Shown: positions 28,133-43,562, numbered from the stretch's first letter. The stretch is DNA of 64,000 bases from an uncultured Chloroflexia bacterium (GCA_963727585.1 CAVSHH010000008.1:112411-176410); one strand, 5' to 3'. Notes: a model not told the origin generated them from the letters alone. Numbers and translations are program-made.

Positions 28133-29215
28133 TCAGGGCTCGACGGTGTTGCCGTCGAGCACCACGCCGGTGCTGGCGTCGTCCGAGTCACGCAGGAACC
28201 CGTTCCTCCCCCAGCCCACGGCCGTGTTGCCGATGATGGCCACGTTGCGCGCGTGGTAGAGAGTGATCGCCGCCAGATTCGTGTTGACGGGCGCCGGGCT
28301 CAACAGGTCGTTGTCCAGGATCGCGATGTCCTCGGGATCATGGCCCGCCGAGTCGGCAGTGATGAAGATCCCCCGCATCGAGCGGCGGACGGTGTTGTCG
28401 CGGAACACGAGATGCTGGCCGCCGTGCGTGTCGAACGCGTGCCATGTCTGGACGTCCTCGACCGTGTTCCCGGCGACCACGATGTCCCGGGTCCTGGGCT
28501 CGGACTCGCCCTGGGTCGTGAGCGCGATGCCGTAGGCGTTATTGGCGTTCGCCTCGGCCCCTTCCAGGCCGATCCGCCGGACGACGTTGTCCTGGATCGT
28601 GCCGCCGGTTCCCGACAGCACCATCAGGCCCGCGTACACGATGTCGTGGACGTCGTTCGCCTCGAGGTGGATCTCGGCGACGTTGCGCAGGTACGCCCCG
28701 AAGCCGCCGAACGTGGCGATCTCCGTGCCACGGATCACGAGATCGCGGATCGGCGCCCCGGGCGTCGCCCAGGCGAGGATGCCCACCTCGTCGAAGGCAT
28801 AGCTCGATGCCTGGGCGCCGACGAGCACCATGCCGTCCAGGGTGACCCCGTCCGCCTCGATCCGGATCCCGGCCTCGCCCGCTGGCACGTGCACCGTTCC
28901 GCCACGCACCGTGATCGCGTGCTCGATCGTCGCTCCGCCCTCGTACACGCAGCCGCGCACGTCGACCGTTCCCCCTGGGCCGGTGGCATCGACCTCGGCC
29001 TGGAGCGTTGGCCGGCACGGGGCGTCGCTCGGCCGCGGCTCACGCGAGGGCTCGGCAGCGCTCGAGGGTGCCATGGTGGGCGCGGGCGTCGAGTCGGGTG
29101 GTGCCTCACTCACCAGGACCGCCACGGCACCGATGGCGCCGGCGATGGCCAGGATCGCCCCCGCCACGGGCAGCAGCATCGCCGCCCGTGCCCGGCTGGA
29201 ACGCGGATCGGTCAT
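28133..29215 (-). CDS. membrane-anchored right-handed beta-helix repeat protein (divergent third paralogue)
   Basis: Start MTDPRSS at 29215. It has the TM anchor AAMLLPVAGAILAIAGAIGAVAVLV. It shares NNAYGIALT, TWHAFDTHGG and IVYAGLMV with the two + strand paralogues. Confidence 0.8.
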   Translation of the reverse strand: MTDPRSSRARAAMLLPVAGAILAIAGAIGAVAVLVSEAPPDSTPAPTMAPSSAAEPSREPRPSDAPCRPTLQAEVDATGPGGTVDVRGCVYEGGATIEHAITVRGGTVHVPAGEAGIRIEADGVTLDGMVLVGAQASSYAFDEVGILAWATPGAPIRDLVIRGTEIATFGGFGAYLRNVAEIHLEANDVHDIVYAGLMVLSGTGGTIQDNVVRRIGLEGAEANANNAYGIALTTQGESEPRTRDIVVAGNTVEDVQTWHAFDTHGGQHLVFRDNTVRRSMRGIFITADSAGHDPEDIAILDNDLLSPAPVNTNLAAITLYHARNVAIIGNTAVGWGRNGFLRDSDDASTGVVLDGNTVEP

Positions 29216-29271
29216 GAGGCGCGCGAAGCCTGCACTATCATCCGACGCGGCACCATTGCCGACCTGTCCAC

Positions 29272-30750
29272 TTGACCCCTCATCTGCGGCCCCGGACCCC
29301 CGTGGACCAATCGCCCGCGGCCTCGGAGATCGATGCTGACCACGCGCCTGCCGGCCCACGCCCAACCCCGCGGCCAAACGTGACCCCCTCGACCCAGGGC
29401 AGGGAGTTCTCCGAGCGCGTCATCGTCGTCTATGCCACGCAGATCATGATGGTCGCGGTCGGTATCTTCAACGCCTTCCTCCTGGCCGGTCTCCTGGGCC
29501 CGACGACCAAGGGCGACTTCTACCTGCTCCGGATGCTACCTGCGACCGGGATGGTGCTGCTCCAGCTCGGGTTGCCGCAGGCCCTCTCCTTCTACTCCGC
29601 CCGGAAGCAGACCGGCGGGATGATGGGCAAGACGGTCGTGTTCACCCTCGTCCTGAGCGCGATTGGGGCGCTCGTGCTCATGCTCCTGCTGCCGCTTCTG
29701 CGGGAGGCGATGCTGGGCGATATCGAGCTGGTCCTGGTGGTCGCCGTGTGGTGCGTGCTGCCGGTCCTGCTGCTGCGCACGCTCGCCTCGAGCATCGTGA
29801 TCGCCCTCAAGGCCGTGCGCTGGTTCGGCGGCGTGATGATGGCCGAGGCCGTCACCACCACCGTGCTGCTGGTCGTGCTGGTCGGAATGCTCGGCCTCGG
29901 CCTGCCGGGAGCGCTCGTGATGTTCGCCGCGGCACCGACGCTCGGGATGTTCGGCCTCTGGATCGGTGCGCGGCGAGCCATCGCCCGGTCGGAGAGCCAG
30001 GGGCCAGTCGGCTACGGGCAGCTGCTGCGCTTCGGGCTGCCGCTCTACCCTGCGAGCCTGACGTCGTTCTTCAGCAGCCGGGCGGACGTGTTCCTGATCG
30101 CCGCCCTGGCCGCGGACCCCGCGACGTTGCTCGGCTACTACAGCATGTCGGTGACCCTCGCCGAGATGGCGACCAACCTGCCGAACGCCGCCTCTGCCGT
30201 GTTCCTGCCGCACGTCGCCGGCGCGGCCCGCGAGGATGCGGACCGGCACGTGACGACGCTGTCCCGGGGCACTGTCCTGCTGACGGTTCTGACCGCCCTG
30301 GCGATCGCCCCGGTCGGCGCCATCCTCATCTCAGTGTTGCTGCCGGCATTCACGCCGGCTCTGCCTGCCCTCTACGTGCTGCTCCCGGCGGTCGTATCGC
30401 TGGCGGTGTCGAAGGTCGTCGGGGGGTACGTCTCGGGGCTGGGGCTCACCGGCCGAACGTCTGCGGCAACCGTCCTCGGCTTCGTGATCAACCTGGTCGC
30501 AAACGTCATCCTGATCCCGCAGTTCGGGATCGTGGGCGCGGCGGCGGCGTCGCTGATCTCGTACACGATCACCGCGTTGGCGATCACGCTGATCGCGTGC
30601 CGCCTCGCGCATGAGTCGCTCGCGGCGTTCTGGATCCCGCGCCGGGCCGACGTCCGCTACATGTGGGCCTCCGCGACCTCCCTGCTGCGTCGGATCGTCG
30701 CGCGCGGGAGGATCGCAGTCAGCCCGGATGGAGGAGCGAACAATGACTGA
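29272..30750 (+). CDS. Wzx-type oligosaccharide flippase (polysaccharide biosynthesis protein, MOP superfamily)
   Basis: About 12-14 hydrophobic helices and the typical LLRFGLPLYPASLTSFFSSRADVFLI. The start is uncertain (TTG 29272 or in-frame GTG 29380). Confidence 0.85.
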   Translation: MTPHLRPRTPVDQSPAASEIDADHAPAGPRPTPRPNVTPSTQGREFSERVIVVYATQIMMVAVGIFNAFLLAGLLGPTTKGDFYLLRMLPATGMVLLQLGLPQALSFYSARKQTGGMMGKTVVFTLVLSAIGALVLMLLLPLLREAMLGDIELVLVVAVWCVLPVLLLRTLASSIVIALKAVRWFGGVMMAEAVTTTVLLVVLVGMLGLGLPGALVMFAAAPTLGMFGLWIGARRAIARSESQGPVGYGQLLRFGLPLYPASLTSFFSSRADVFLIAALAADPATLLGYYSMSVTLAEMATNLPNAASAVFLPHVAGAAREDADRHVTTLSRGTVLLTVLTALAIAPVGAILISVLLPAFTPALPALYVLLPAVVSLAVSKVVGGYVSGLGLTGRTSAATVLGFVINLVANVILIPQFGIVGAAAASLISYTITALAITLIACRLAHESLAAFWIPRRADVRYMWASATSLLRRIVARGRIAVSPDGGANND

Positions 30751-32029
30751 ACGCCGGGCCGCCCGGCGCGTGTGGATCGTCAACCACCATGCCGCCCACC
30801 CGGACCAGTCGGCCGGAACCCGCCACTTCGCGCTGGCCCAGCAGCTGCAGCGACACGGTCATCGCGTGACGATCTTCGCCGCCAGCCAGGGCCACTACCA
30901 CGTGGGCACCGATCGGCGGCTGGGCAGGGGCAGCCTCCGCCGGGCCCAGGTCATCGAGGGAGTGCGCTTCGTCTGGCTGCGGACGACCCCGTACTCCGGC
31001 AACGACTGGCGCCGGCAGCTCAACATGCTGTCGTTCCTGGTCGTCTTCCTGGTCGTGCAGCTGCGCGAACGCCGGCCCGACGTCGTCATCGGTTCGACCG
31101 TCCACCCGTTCGCGGCACTGGGTGGATGGGTGGCGGCACGCCTGCGCCGCGCCCGGTTCCTGTTCGAGGTCCGGGACCTGTGGCCGCAGACGCTCGTGGA
31201 CCTCGGCGCACTGCGCATCGGCTCACCCAGCGAGCGGCTGCTCCGCGCGCTCGAGGCGTTCCTCGTCCGGCGGGCCGGTGCGGTCATCACCGTGCTGCCG
31301 GGGATGGCCGACTACCTGGCCGAGCATTCGCTGCCCGCCGGCCACGTTGTCTACATTCCCAACGGTGCCGACCTGGCGGCGTTCGAGGACGAGCCGGCCC
31401 CGGATGACCTCCCGCCGCAGGTGGACGCCTGCCTGAACGAGATCCGGCGACTGCGGCAAACGGGCCGGTTCGTGCTTGGCTATCTCGGCACGTTCGGCCG
31501 GGTCAACCGCGCCGACCTGGTCGCGGACGGGGCGGCGCTGGCCGAGCGCCGCGAGCCCGGCAGGATCGGCGTCGTCCTCGTGGGCAAGGGTCCGGAGCAG
31601 GCCGCTGTGGAGCGGGCGGCCGGTGCGTCGCCCGCAGCAAGCGTGTGCCCGCCGATCCCGAAGCGGTACGTGCCACTCGTCTTGCGGGAGCTCGATGCCA
31701 CCGTCGTCCACACCACGTACACGCCCGTCTACAAGTACGGCATCAGCTTCAACAAGCTGTTCGAGTACATGGCGGCGAGCCGGCCGGTCGTGTTCGCCTG
31801 CGACAGCGCCTACGACCCCGTCCAGTCCGCCGGTGCCGGCATCACGGTCGCGCCGGACAGCGCCGAGAGCCTCGCCGATGCGTATCTGGCGTTGGCCGCC
31901 ATGCCGCCGGGCGAGCGGGCGGCGATGGGCGCCGCCGGGCGCGCACACGTGGCCGCCGAGCACGACGTGGTCCGCCTGGGTGACACGCTTGCCGCAGTGG
32001 TCGAAGGCAGGCTGCCGGCCGGGAGCTGA
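30743..32029 (+). CDS. GT-B glycosyltransferase (WcaI-like, family 4)
   Basis: ATG at 30743, 6 nt after GGAGGAG, overlapping the flippase stop by 8 nt. It contains VWIVNHHAAHPDQSAGTRHFALAQQL and FLFEVRDLWPQTLVDLG. Confidence 0.88.
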   Translation: MTERRAARRVWIVNHHAAHPDQSAGTRHFALAQQLQRHGHRVTIFAASQGHYHVGTDRRLGRGSLRRAQVIEGVRFVWLRTTPYSGNDWRRQLNMLSFLVVFLVVQLRERRPDVVIGSTVHPFAALGGWVAARLRRARFLFEVRDLWPQTLVDLGALRIGSPSERLLRALEAFLVRRAGAVITVLPGMADYLAEHSLPAGHVVYIPNGADLAAFEDEPAPDDLPPQVDACLNEIRRLRQTGRFVLGYLGTFGRVNRADLVADGAALAERREPGRIGVVLVGKGPEQAAVERAAGASPAASVCPPIPKRYVPLVLRELDATVVHTTYTPVYKYGISFNKLFEYMAASRPVVFACDSAYDPVQSAGAGITVAPDSAESLADAYLALAAMPPGERAAMGAAGRAHVAAEHDVVRLGDTLAAVVEGRLPAGS

Positions 32030-32076
32030 GCCCGGTCAGGCAGGCAGAGCGTCCTCGCCGACGCGACCGGAGGAGA

Positions 32077-33669
32077 TCAGCCGGGCTGCGGGCCGGGCTC
32101 GTCCGGCATCGGCCTGGCCTTCTGGTCGTCCACGCTGTAGGAGATGTAGTAGCCCGCGTGGGCCGTACCGGCAACACGGTTGAGCACCACCCCGAGCAGC
32201 TGGGCACCCGCCCGGGACAGCGCCTCGCGGCCCTGGCGGACGGCACGCCGTCGGCTGGAGCTGGTGTCCATGACGAACAGGGTGCCATCGACCATCGAGC
32301 TCAGGATCGCCGCATCCGCAACGGCCCGGAGCGGCGGGCTGTCGAAGATCACGAGGTCCTCCTCGGCCAGCAGCCGGTCGAGGACCGCACGCATCCGCTG
32401 GGATCCCAGCAGCTCGGCCGGATTGGGGGGAAGCGAGCCGGTCGTGATCACCCGCAGGTTGGCCTGCTCGGTGGGCTGGGCGATGGCATCCACGCTCACG
32501 GCATCGTTGCGCAACAGCGAGGTGAGGCCCTGGGTGTTGGGCAGGTCGAACAGCTGGTGCACGCCGGGCTTCCGCAGGTCGGCGTCGACGAGCAGCACCC
32601 GGCGCCCTGCCTGTGCGAAGGCGACGGCCAGGTTGCAGGCGGTCACCGTCTTGCCCTCGCCGGGGCTGGAGCTGGTCACGAGCAGGGTGTGGACCGGCCC
32701 CTCGAATGCAGCGAACTCGATGTTGGTCCGTAGCGTGCGATACGCCTCGGCGGCGGCCGAGCGCGGATAGAGCAATGCCGCCAGCTGGTAGATCTGGCTC
32801 CGCCCGCCCTCGCCGCGCATGCGGCCGATCGCGCCGAGGGTGGTCAGCCCGACGGTCGCCTGGACGTCATCGGAGTCCTTGATCGGATCCCGGATCAGCT
32901 CGACCGCGAACGCGAACCCAACCGACAGCACGAGTCCGAGCACCATGGCCAGCGCGACGTTGAGCAGGATCCGCGGCGACACGGGCGCGGACTGGGGGAC
33001 CGCCGGCTCGATCATGCTGATCAGGTTCGTCTGCTGTGCCGCCGAGAAGGTCAGCAGCGTGGCGTACGTCGAGCGAAGGCTGACCAGCCGGCCCTCGAGC
33101 GTGGACAGCTCGGCCTCCTCCTCCGGTGTCCGCTCGTCGAGGGCAGTGAGCTCCTCGACCCGCGCCTGCGCCGCCTGGATCTGGTCCTGGGTCGCTTGCA
33201 GATCGGCATCGATCGATGCCTGCAGCTCCGCCGTGCGACCCTGGATCGCCGGGGAGGCGGCCGTCAGCTGGTCGCCGATCGCGTTGGCGATCGCGGCCGC
33301 GAGGTCCGGATCCGTGTACTGCACGGTGACCGTGACCAGCGTGCTGTCGGCCGGTGCCTCGGCGACGACCATGCCGCTCAGCTCGTCGGGCGTGACGTCG
33401 AGGCCGAGATCCTCGATCACCCCCTCCATGATCGGCCGGGTGGTCGCGATGGCCGCGTAGGTGGTGGACAGCCGCTGGGAGGCCAGGAGCTGGGTGTAGT
33501 CCGGGCTGGCACTGCTGAGCGACTGGCCGACGATCAGGGTGGCCTTCGACTCGTAGATCTTGTGCTGGAGGCTGCTGATGGCGAACGCGGCCACCGCGGC
33601 AAGCACCACGCTCACGATGAACAGCGGGAACCACGTCCGCGCGATGCCGATCTGGCGCCGAAGATCCAC
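32077..33669 (-). CDS. polysaccharide co-polymerase (Wzz) fused to BY-kinase (tyrosine autokinase)
   Basis: It has an N-terminal TM followed by a coiled-coil periplasmic region. The Walker A is SSSPGEGKT and the Walker A' is VLLVDADLRKP. The C-terminal tyrosine cluster is GYYISYS. Confidence 0.92.
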   Translation of the reverse strand: MDLRRQIGIARTWFPLFIVSVVLAAVAAFAISSLQHKIYESKATLIVGQSLSSASPDYTQLLASQRLSTTYAAIATTRPIMEGVIEDLGLDVTPDELSGMVVAEAPADSTLVTVTVQYTDPDLAAAIANAIGDQLTAASPAIQGRTAELQASIDADLQATQDQIQAAQARVEELTALDERTPEEEAELSTLEGRLVSLRSTYATLLTFSAAQQTNLISMIEPAVPQSAPVSPRILLNVALAMVLGLVLSVGFAFAVELIRDPIKDSDDVQATVGLTTLGAIGRMRGEGGRSQIYQLAALLYPRSAAAEAYRTLRTNIEFAAFEGPVHTLLVTSSSPGEGKTVTACNLAVAFAQAGRRVLLVDADLRKPGVHQLFDLPNTQGLTSLLRNDAVSVDAIAQPTEQANLRVITTGSLPPNPAELLGSQRMRAVLDRLLAEEDLVIFDSPPLRAVADAAILSSMVDGTLFVMDTSSSRRRAVRQGREALSRAGAQLLGVVLNRVAGTAHAGYYISYSVDDQKARPMPDEPGPQPG

Positions 33670-33758
33670 GAATGCTCACTCTCTGCCCGCGGGGCTCCGC
33701 ACGCGCGGCCTGCGACGATGGAAGGGGCGACAGCGATGATTGGGCAGGACCGGCCGGG

Positions 33759-33787
33759 TCGTCAACCGCGCGTTGACGATCGTCAAC
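33759..33787. promoter_or_regulatory. nested perfect palindromes, candidate operator in the BY-kinase / gltB divergent region
   Basis: The element reads TCGTCAAC-CGCGC-GTTGACGA-TCGTCAAC. It contains an 8-bp inverted repeat with a 5-nt spacer, and an overlapping perfect 16-bp palindrome GTTGACGATCGTCAAC at 33772-33787. It lies 161 nt upstream of the gltB GTG. Confidence 0.45.
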
Positions 33788-33947
33788 CCCCGGGAGCGCA
33801 GGCTGCAGCCCGGAACAGCGGTGTCCCTGGCGCAGGCGGACCCCCAACCGCAACCCAACGACCACCACCACGGCCCCTGCCCCGCCGCCATCGATTTCGC
33901 TACGGTCCCCTTCCATCCCCGCGGGGGGACCGGCGGAGGGCCAGCCC

Positions 33948-38566
<4,619 letters not shown>

Positions 38567-38567
<1 letters not shown>

Positions 38568-40036
38568 TGGGCAGGCCGACCGGGTTCATCGAGATCGAGC
38601 GCCACTCCCAGCCGGCCCGACCGCCGTTGGAGCGGATCCACGACTGGAGCGAGGCGCATCCCAGGCTGTCCGACGGCGAGCTCGCGGACCAGGGTGCACG
38701 GTGCATGGACTGCGGCGTCCCGTACTGCCATGCCGGCGCGATGATCAGCGGGATGGCCGCCGGCTGTCCGATCCACAACCTGATCCCGGAGTGGAACGAT
38801 CTCGTCTACCGCGGCCAGTGGCGCGAGGCGGCGATCCGGCTGTATCGCACCAACAACTTCCCCGAGTTCACCGGCCGCGTGTGCCCGGCCCCCTGCGAGG
38901 GCTCGTGCACGGTGGGGCTCAACGGCGACCCGGTGGCGATCAAGACGATCGAGCAGGAGATCGCCGACCGGGCATGGGAGGCCGGCTGGGTCACGCCTGA
39001 TCCGCCGCAGGTCCGCACCGGGAAGACCGTCGCGGTGATCGGATCGGGGCCCGCCGGCCTGACCGCCGCGGACCAGCTCAACCGGCAGGGCCACGCGGTG
39101 ACGGTGTTCGAGCGCAGCGGGCGCATCGGCGGGCTGCTGATGTACGGGATCCCCAACATGAAGCTGGACAAGGACATGGTCGGTCGCCGGGTCGGGCTGA
39201 TGGAGGCCGAGGGCGTCGCGTTCCGGACCCTGGTCACGGTCGGCGCGGACACCGGCGCCGACGAGCTGCTCGAGCAGTTCGATGCGGTCGTCCTCGCGAC
39301 GGGCGCCACGGTTGCGCGCGACCTGCCGGTGCCGGGGCGCGAGCTGGGCGGGATCCACCTTGCGATGAACTTCCTGCGCGGCAACACCCGGAGCCTGCTG
39401 GACGGCGGGGCGGAGGCCGAGGCGCCGATCGATGCCGCCGGCCGGGACGTGGTGGTGATCGGCGGCGGCGATACCGGGACCGACTGCGTCGGAACGGCGA
39501 TCCGGCAAGGGGCCCGCAGCGTGCGCCAGCTCGAGCTGCTTGCCCGGCCGCCGCTCCAGCGCGCAGCCACGAACCCCTGGCCGGAGTGGCCGAAGGTCTA
39601 CAAGATGGACTACGGGCAGGAAGAGGCCGCCGCGCTGTGGGGCGAGGACCCGCGCCGGTACTCCACCACCACCCGCCGGTTCATCGGCCACAAGGAGCAC
39701 GTCGCCGGCATCGAGATCGCCGACCTCAGCTGGCAGCCGGGCCCCGACGGCCGGCTCGCCATGCGGGAGGTGCCGGGCACGGCCCAGGTGATCGACGCGG
39801 ACCTCGTGCTGCTGGCGCTGGGCTTCGTCGGCCCGGAGCCCGCTCTGCCCAGGGCGTTCGAGTGCGAGCTCGACCCGCGCGGCAATGTCCGGACCGGGCC
39901 CGACCGGATGACCACGACGCCCGGCGTGTTCGCCGCGGGCGACTGCGTGCGCGGCCAGTCGCTTGTCGTATGGGCCATCCGGGAAGGGCGCGCGGCCGCC
40001 GACGGCGTCGACCGCTACCTGTCCCGGCTGATCTGA
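38567..40036 (+). CDS. gltD: glutamate synthase small subunit (NADPH)
   Basis: 489 aa, with its ATG overlapping the gltB TGA. It contains CMDCGVPYC, VAVIGSGPAGL and VVVIGGGDTGTDC. Confidence 0.97.
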
Positions 40037-40069
40037 CCGCGCGGCCGGGGAGCGCCGCCTTCCCGCCCG

Positions 40070-40873
40070 TCAGTTGCCGCTGACCACCAGCGCACGGCGG
40101 TCGACCACGTAGGGTGCCAGGCGTGCGCCCAGGAGCATCAGCTCGCGGTCGAGGAGGGTGTCCAGCCCGTGGAGCCGTTCGCCGGCACTGGGCGCTTCCA
40201 GCAGGTCCTGCTTGCGATCCTGCTCCACCTGGACGATCCCGGTGAGCAGGTAGGACAACGCGGAAGGGTCGTCGGGGATGCGCAGGGCGGCACTGGTCGC
40301 CTCCGGGTCGTCCACCGGGAGGGGCTCGCCGTCGGAGGACCCCGTGAGATCGCTGGCGTCGATCTCGAGCTCGTCGTCGACCTCGGTCTCGACCTCCATC
40401 TGGACATCGATCGGCTCGGCGGTCTCCCCGTCGCGCGGCTGGAGCAGCCGGAGGTAGTCCACGAACCGCCGGGTGACCCGGCCCGCCAGGCGGTCCGTGT
40501 CTCGTTCGGCAGGGCCTCCCGGCTCATCGGGGAACGGCTCGACGTCGGCCACCAGGTAGGGAGCGAGATCGGTGTGCACCTCGCGAACGACGAACCGCGC
40601 GACACCCACGGCCAACAGGTCGTAGCGGCCGTCCGCATACCGGCTCGCCTCGCGGATCTCGGCGAACGTGCCCACGGCGGCGATCGAGAGCTCCACGCGT
40701 CCACCCTGGCCGGGCGCCACCTCGCGCCCGTCGCGGATGAGCACCACGCCGAACGGTGACGGCGCATCGAGGCAGGTGCGGACCAGGTGGCGGTAGCGGT
40801 CCTCGAACACGTGCAGCGGCAGCGCGATGCCGGGCGCCAGGACAGTGTGCAGCGGAAACAGCGGGATCTGCAT
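40070..40873 (-). CDS. LON substrate-binding (Lon N-terminal) domain protein
   Basis: It begins MQIPLFPLHTVLAPGIALPLHVFEDRYRHLV, which is typical of stand-alone Lon-N/PUA-like domain proteins. It has an acidic central insert. Confidence 0.85.
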   Translation of the reverse strand: MQIPLFPLHTVLAPGIALPLHVFEDRYRHLVRTCLDAPSPFGVVLIRDGREVAPGQGGRVELSIAAVGTFAEIREASRYADGRYDLLAVGVARFVVREVHTDLAPYLVADVEPFPDEPGGPAERDTDRLAGRVTRRFVDYLRLLQPRDGETAEPIDVQMEVETEVDDELEIDASDLTGSSDGEPLPVDDPEATSAALRIPDDPSALSYLLTGIVQVEQDRKQDLLEAPSAGERLHGLDTLLDRELMLLGARLAPYVVDRRALVVSGN

Positions 40874-40895
40874 CTCCCGCCCAGCCTACGACACC

Positions 40896-40913
40896 CTCGT
40901 CGAACGCGACGAG
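40896..40913 (-). terminator. hairpin downstream of erpA
   Basis: Perfect 7-bp stem CTCGTCG (40896-40902) / CGACGAG (40907-40913) with a 4-nt loop, 28 nt past the erpA stop on the - strand transcript. A TAGGCT -10-like hexamer follows for the Lon-N gene. Confidence 0.35.
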
Positions 40914-40940
40914 GCGGCCGGAACCGGCGTCAGGCGACGG

Positions 40941-41321
40941 TCAATGCGAGCAGGAGCGGGGCGCGCCCTCGTCCTCGGCGGTCCGGAAGCTGGAGCCGCA
41001 GCCGCAGCCCGACACCGCATTCGGATTGTTCACCGTGAACCCGGCCCCCATCAGGGTGTCGACGTAGTCGATCTGCGACCCCTGGATGAGCGGCACGCTG
41101 TTGTTGTCGATGTAGACGCGAACCCCGTTGGCCTGCAGCACGTTGTCGTCTGCGGTCGGCTGGTCCTCGAGCATCATCCCGTAGCGATAGCCCGAGCAGC
41201 CGCCGGAGTAGACGTACACGCGCAGGCCGATCTCCGGGCTCGTCTCTTCCTTGGTCAGCTCGGCCAGCTTGCTGGCGGCGGCGTCGGTGAGCGAGACGAC
41301 CGTCGGCGTGGCGTCGATCAT
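40941..41321 (-). CDS. erpA: iron-sulfur cluster insertion protein (HesB/IscA/ErpA family)
   Basis: Start MIDATP at 41321 after AAGGAG. It contains GGCSGYRYGM and the C-terminal CGCGSSF motif. Length 126 aa. Confidence 0.9.
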   Translation of the reverse strand: MIDATPTVVSLTDAAASKLAELTKEETSPEIGLRVYVYSGGCSGYRYGMMLEDQPTADDNVLQANGVRVYIDNNSVPLIQGSQIDYVDTLMGAGFTVNNPNAVSGCGCGSSFRTAEDEGAPRSCSH

Positions 41322-41468
41322 GGGAACGGTCTCCTTCGGGGGTCGCTGGCTCCGCCCCGACCCGGGAGCGCGAGCATGACCGATCGTACGCACCGCAACC
41401 GATTTCGTCCAGCACCCGCGCCGAAACTCCGCCTGGAGCCCGCCGGCACCCTCGCCGACTGGCGCTCG

Positions 41469-42698
<1,230 letters not shown>

Positions 42699-42728
42699 GA
42701 GACCGATTGTAGGAGCGGGACGGGCTCG

Positions 42729-43562
42729 CTATCGTCCGGTCCAGGTCGGCGGCCGCTTCTCCAGGAACGCGATCATCCCCTCGCGCTGGTCCGCCGTCTC
42801 GAACAGCGCCTCGAAGCGCTGGCGCTCGAACCGCAGGCCCTCCCCGAGCGGGCGCTCCTGGGCGGCCACGACCGACGCCTTGGCCGCCTGGACGGCGAGC
42901 GGCGGCATCGACGCGATCCGGCCCGCCAGCTCGAGCGCCCGATCCACGGTCTCGGCCGCGGGAACCACGAGCGAGACCAGGCCCATCCGCTCGGCCTCCG
43001 CGGCGCCGATCCGGCGCCCGGTCAGGATCAGCTCCATGGCCCGCGCCTTGCCGATCGACCGCGTCAGCCGCTGGGTGCCGCCGGCGCCGGGGATCACCCC
43101 GATCCGGACCTCGGGCTGGCCGAGCTGCGCGTTCTCGCCGGCCACCACCAGGTCGCAGGCCATGGCCAGCTCACAGCCCCCGCCCAGCGCGAACCCGCGG
43201 ACCGCCGCGATGACCGGCGTCCGGAGGTGGCCGATCCGGTCAAGCGCCGCGAACGGGTCCGCCTCGTGCAGGCTGCGGGGGGTCTGGCCGGCCAGCTCCT
43301 GGATGTCGGCCCCGGCGGCGAACGCCCGGTCGCCGGCACCGGTGATCACGATCGCGCGGCAGTCGGGGTCGCCGTCCAGCACCGCCAGCAGCTCGCCCAG
43401 CTGGGCCACCAGGTCGAAGGACAGGGCATTGAGCTGGTCGGGCCGATCGAGGGTGAGTAGCGCCACCGCGGCCAGCGGTCCGTCGCCCGCCGGGAAGTCG
43501 GTCCGGACCAGGCGCTCGGGTCCGCCGTCCTGGTCGAGGTCGTCGGTGCGGTCGTGGGTCAT
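42729..43562 (-). CDS. enoyl-CoA hydratase/isomerase (crotonase) family protein
   Basis: Start MTHDRT at 43562 after GGAGG, overlapping the upstream stop by 1 nt. It contains LTLDRPDQLNAL, ITGAGDRAFAAGADI and FALGGGCELAMACD. Confidence 0.9.
   Translation of the reverse strand: MTHDRTDDLDQDGGPERLVRTDFPAGDGPLAAVALLTLDRPDQLNALSFDLVAQLGELLAVLDGDPDCRAIVITGAGDRAFAAGADIQELAGQTPRSLHEADPFAALDRIGHLRTPVIAAVRGFALGGGCELAMACDLVVAGENAQLGQPEVRIGVIPGAGGTQRLTRSIGKARAMELILTGRRIGAAEAERMGLVSLVVPAAETVDRALELAGRIASMPPLAVQAAKASVVAAQERPLGEGLRFERQRFEALFETADQREGMIAFLEKRPPTWTGR

Noticed and set aside
33759-33787. Identification of the gltB-upstream palindrome as a GlnR, TnrA or AmtR box
   Set aside because: The sequence does not fit the consensus forms I know for these regulators. 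I kept it as an unassigned operator candidate instead.
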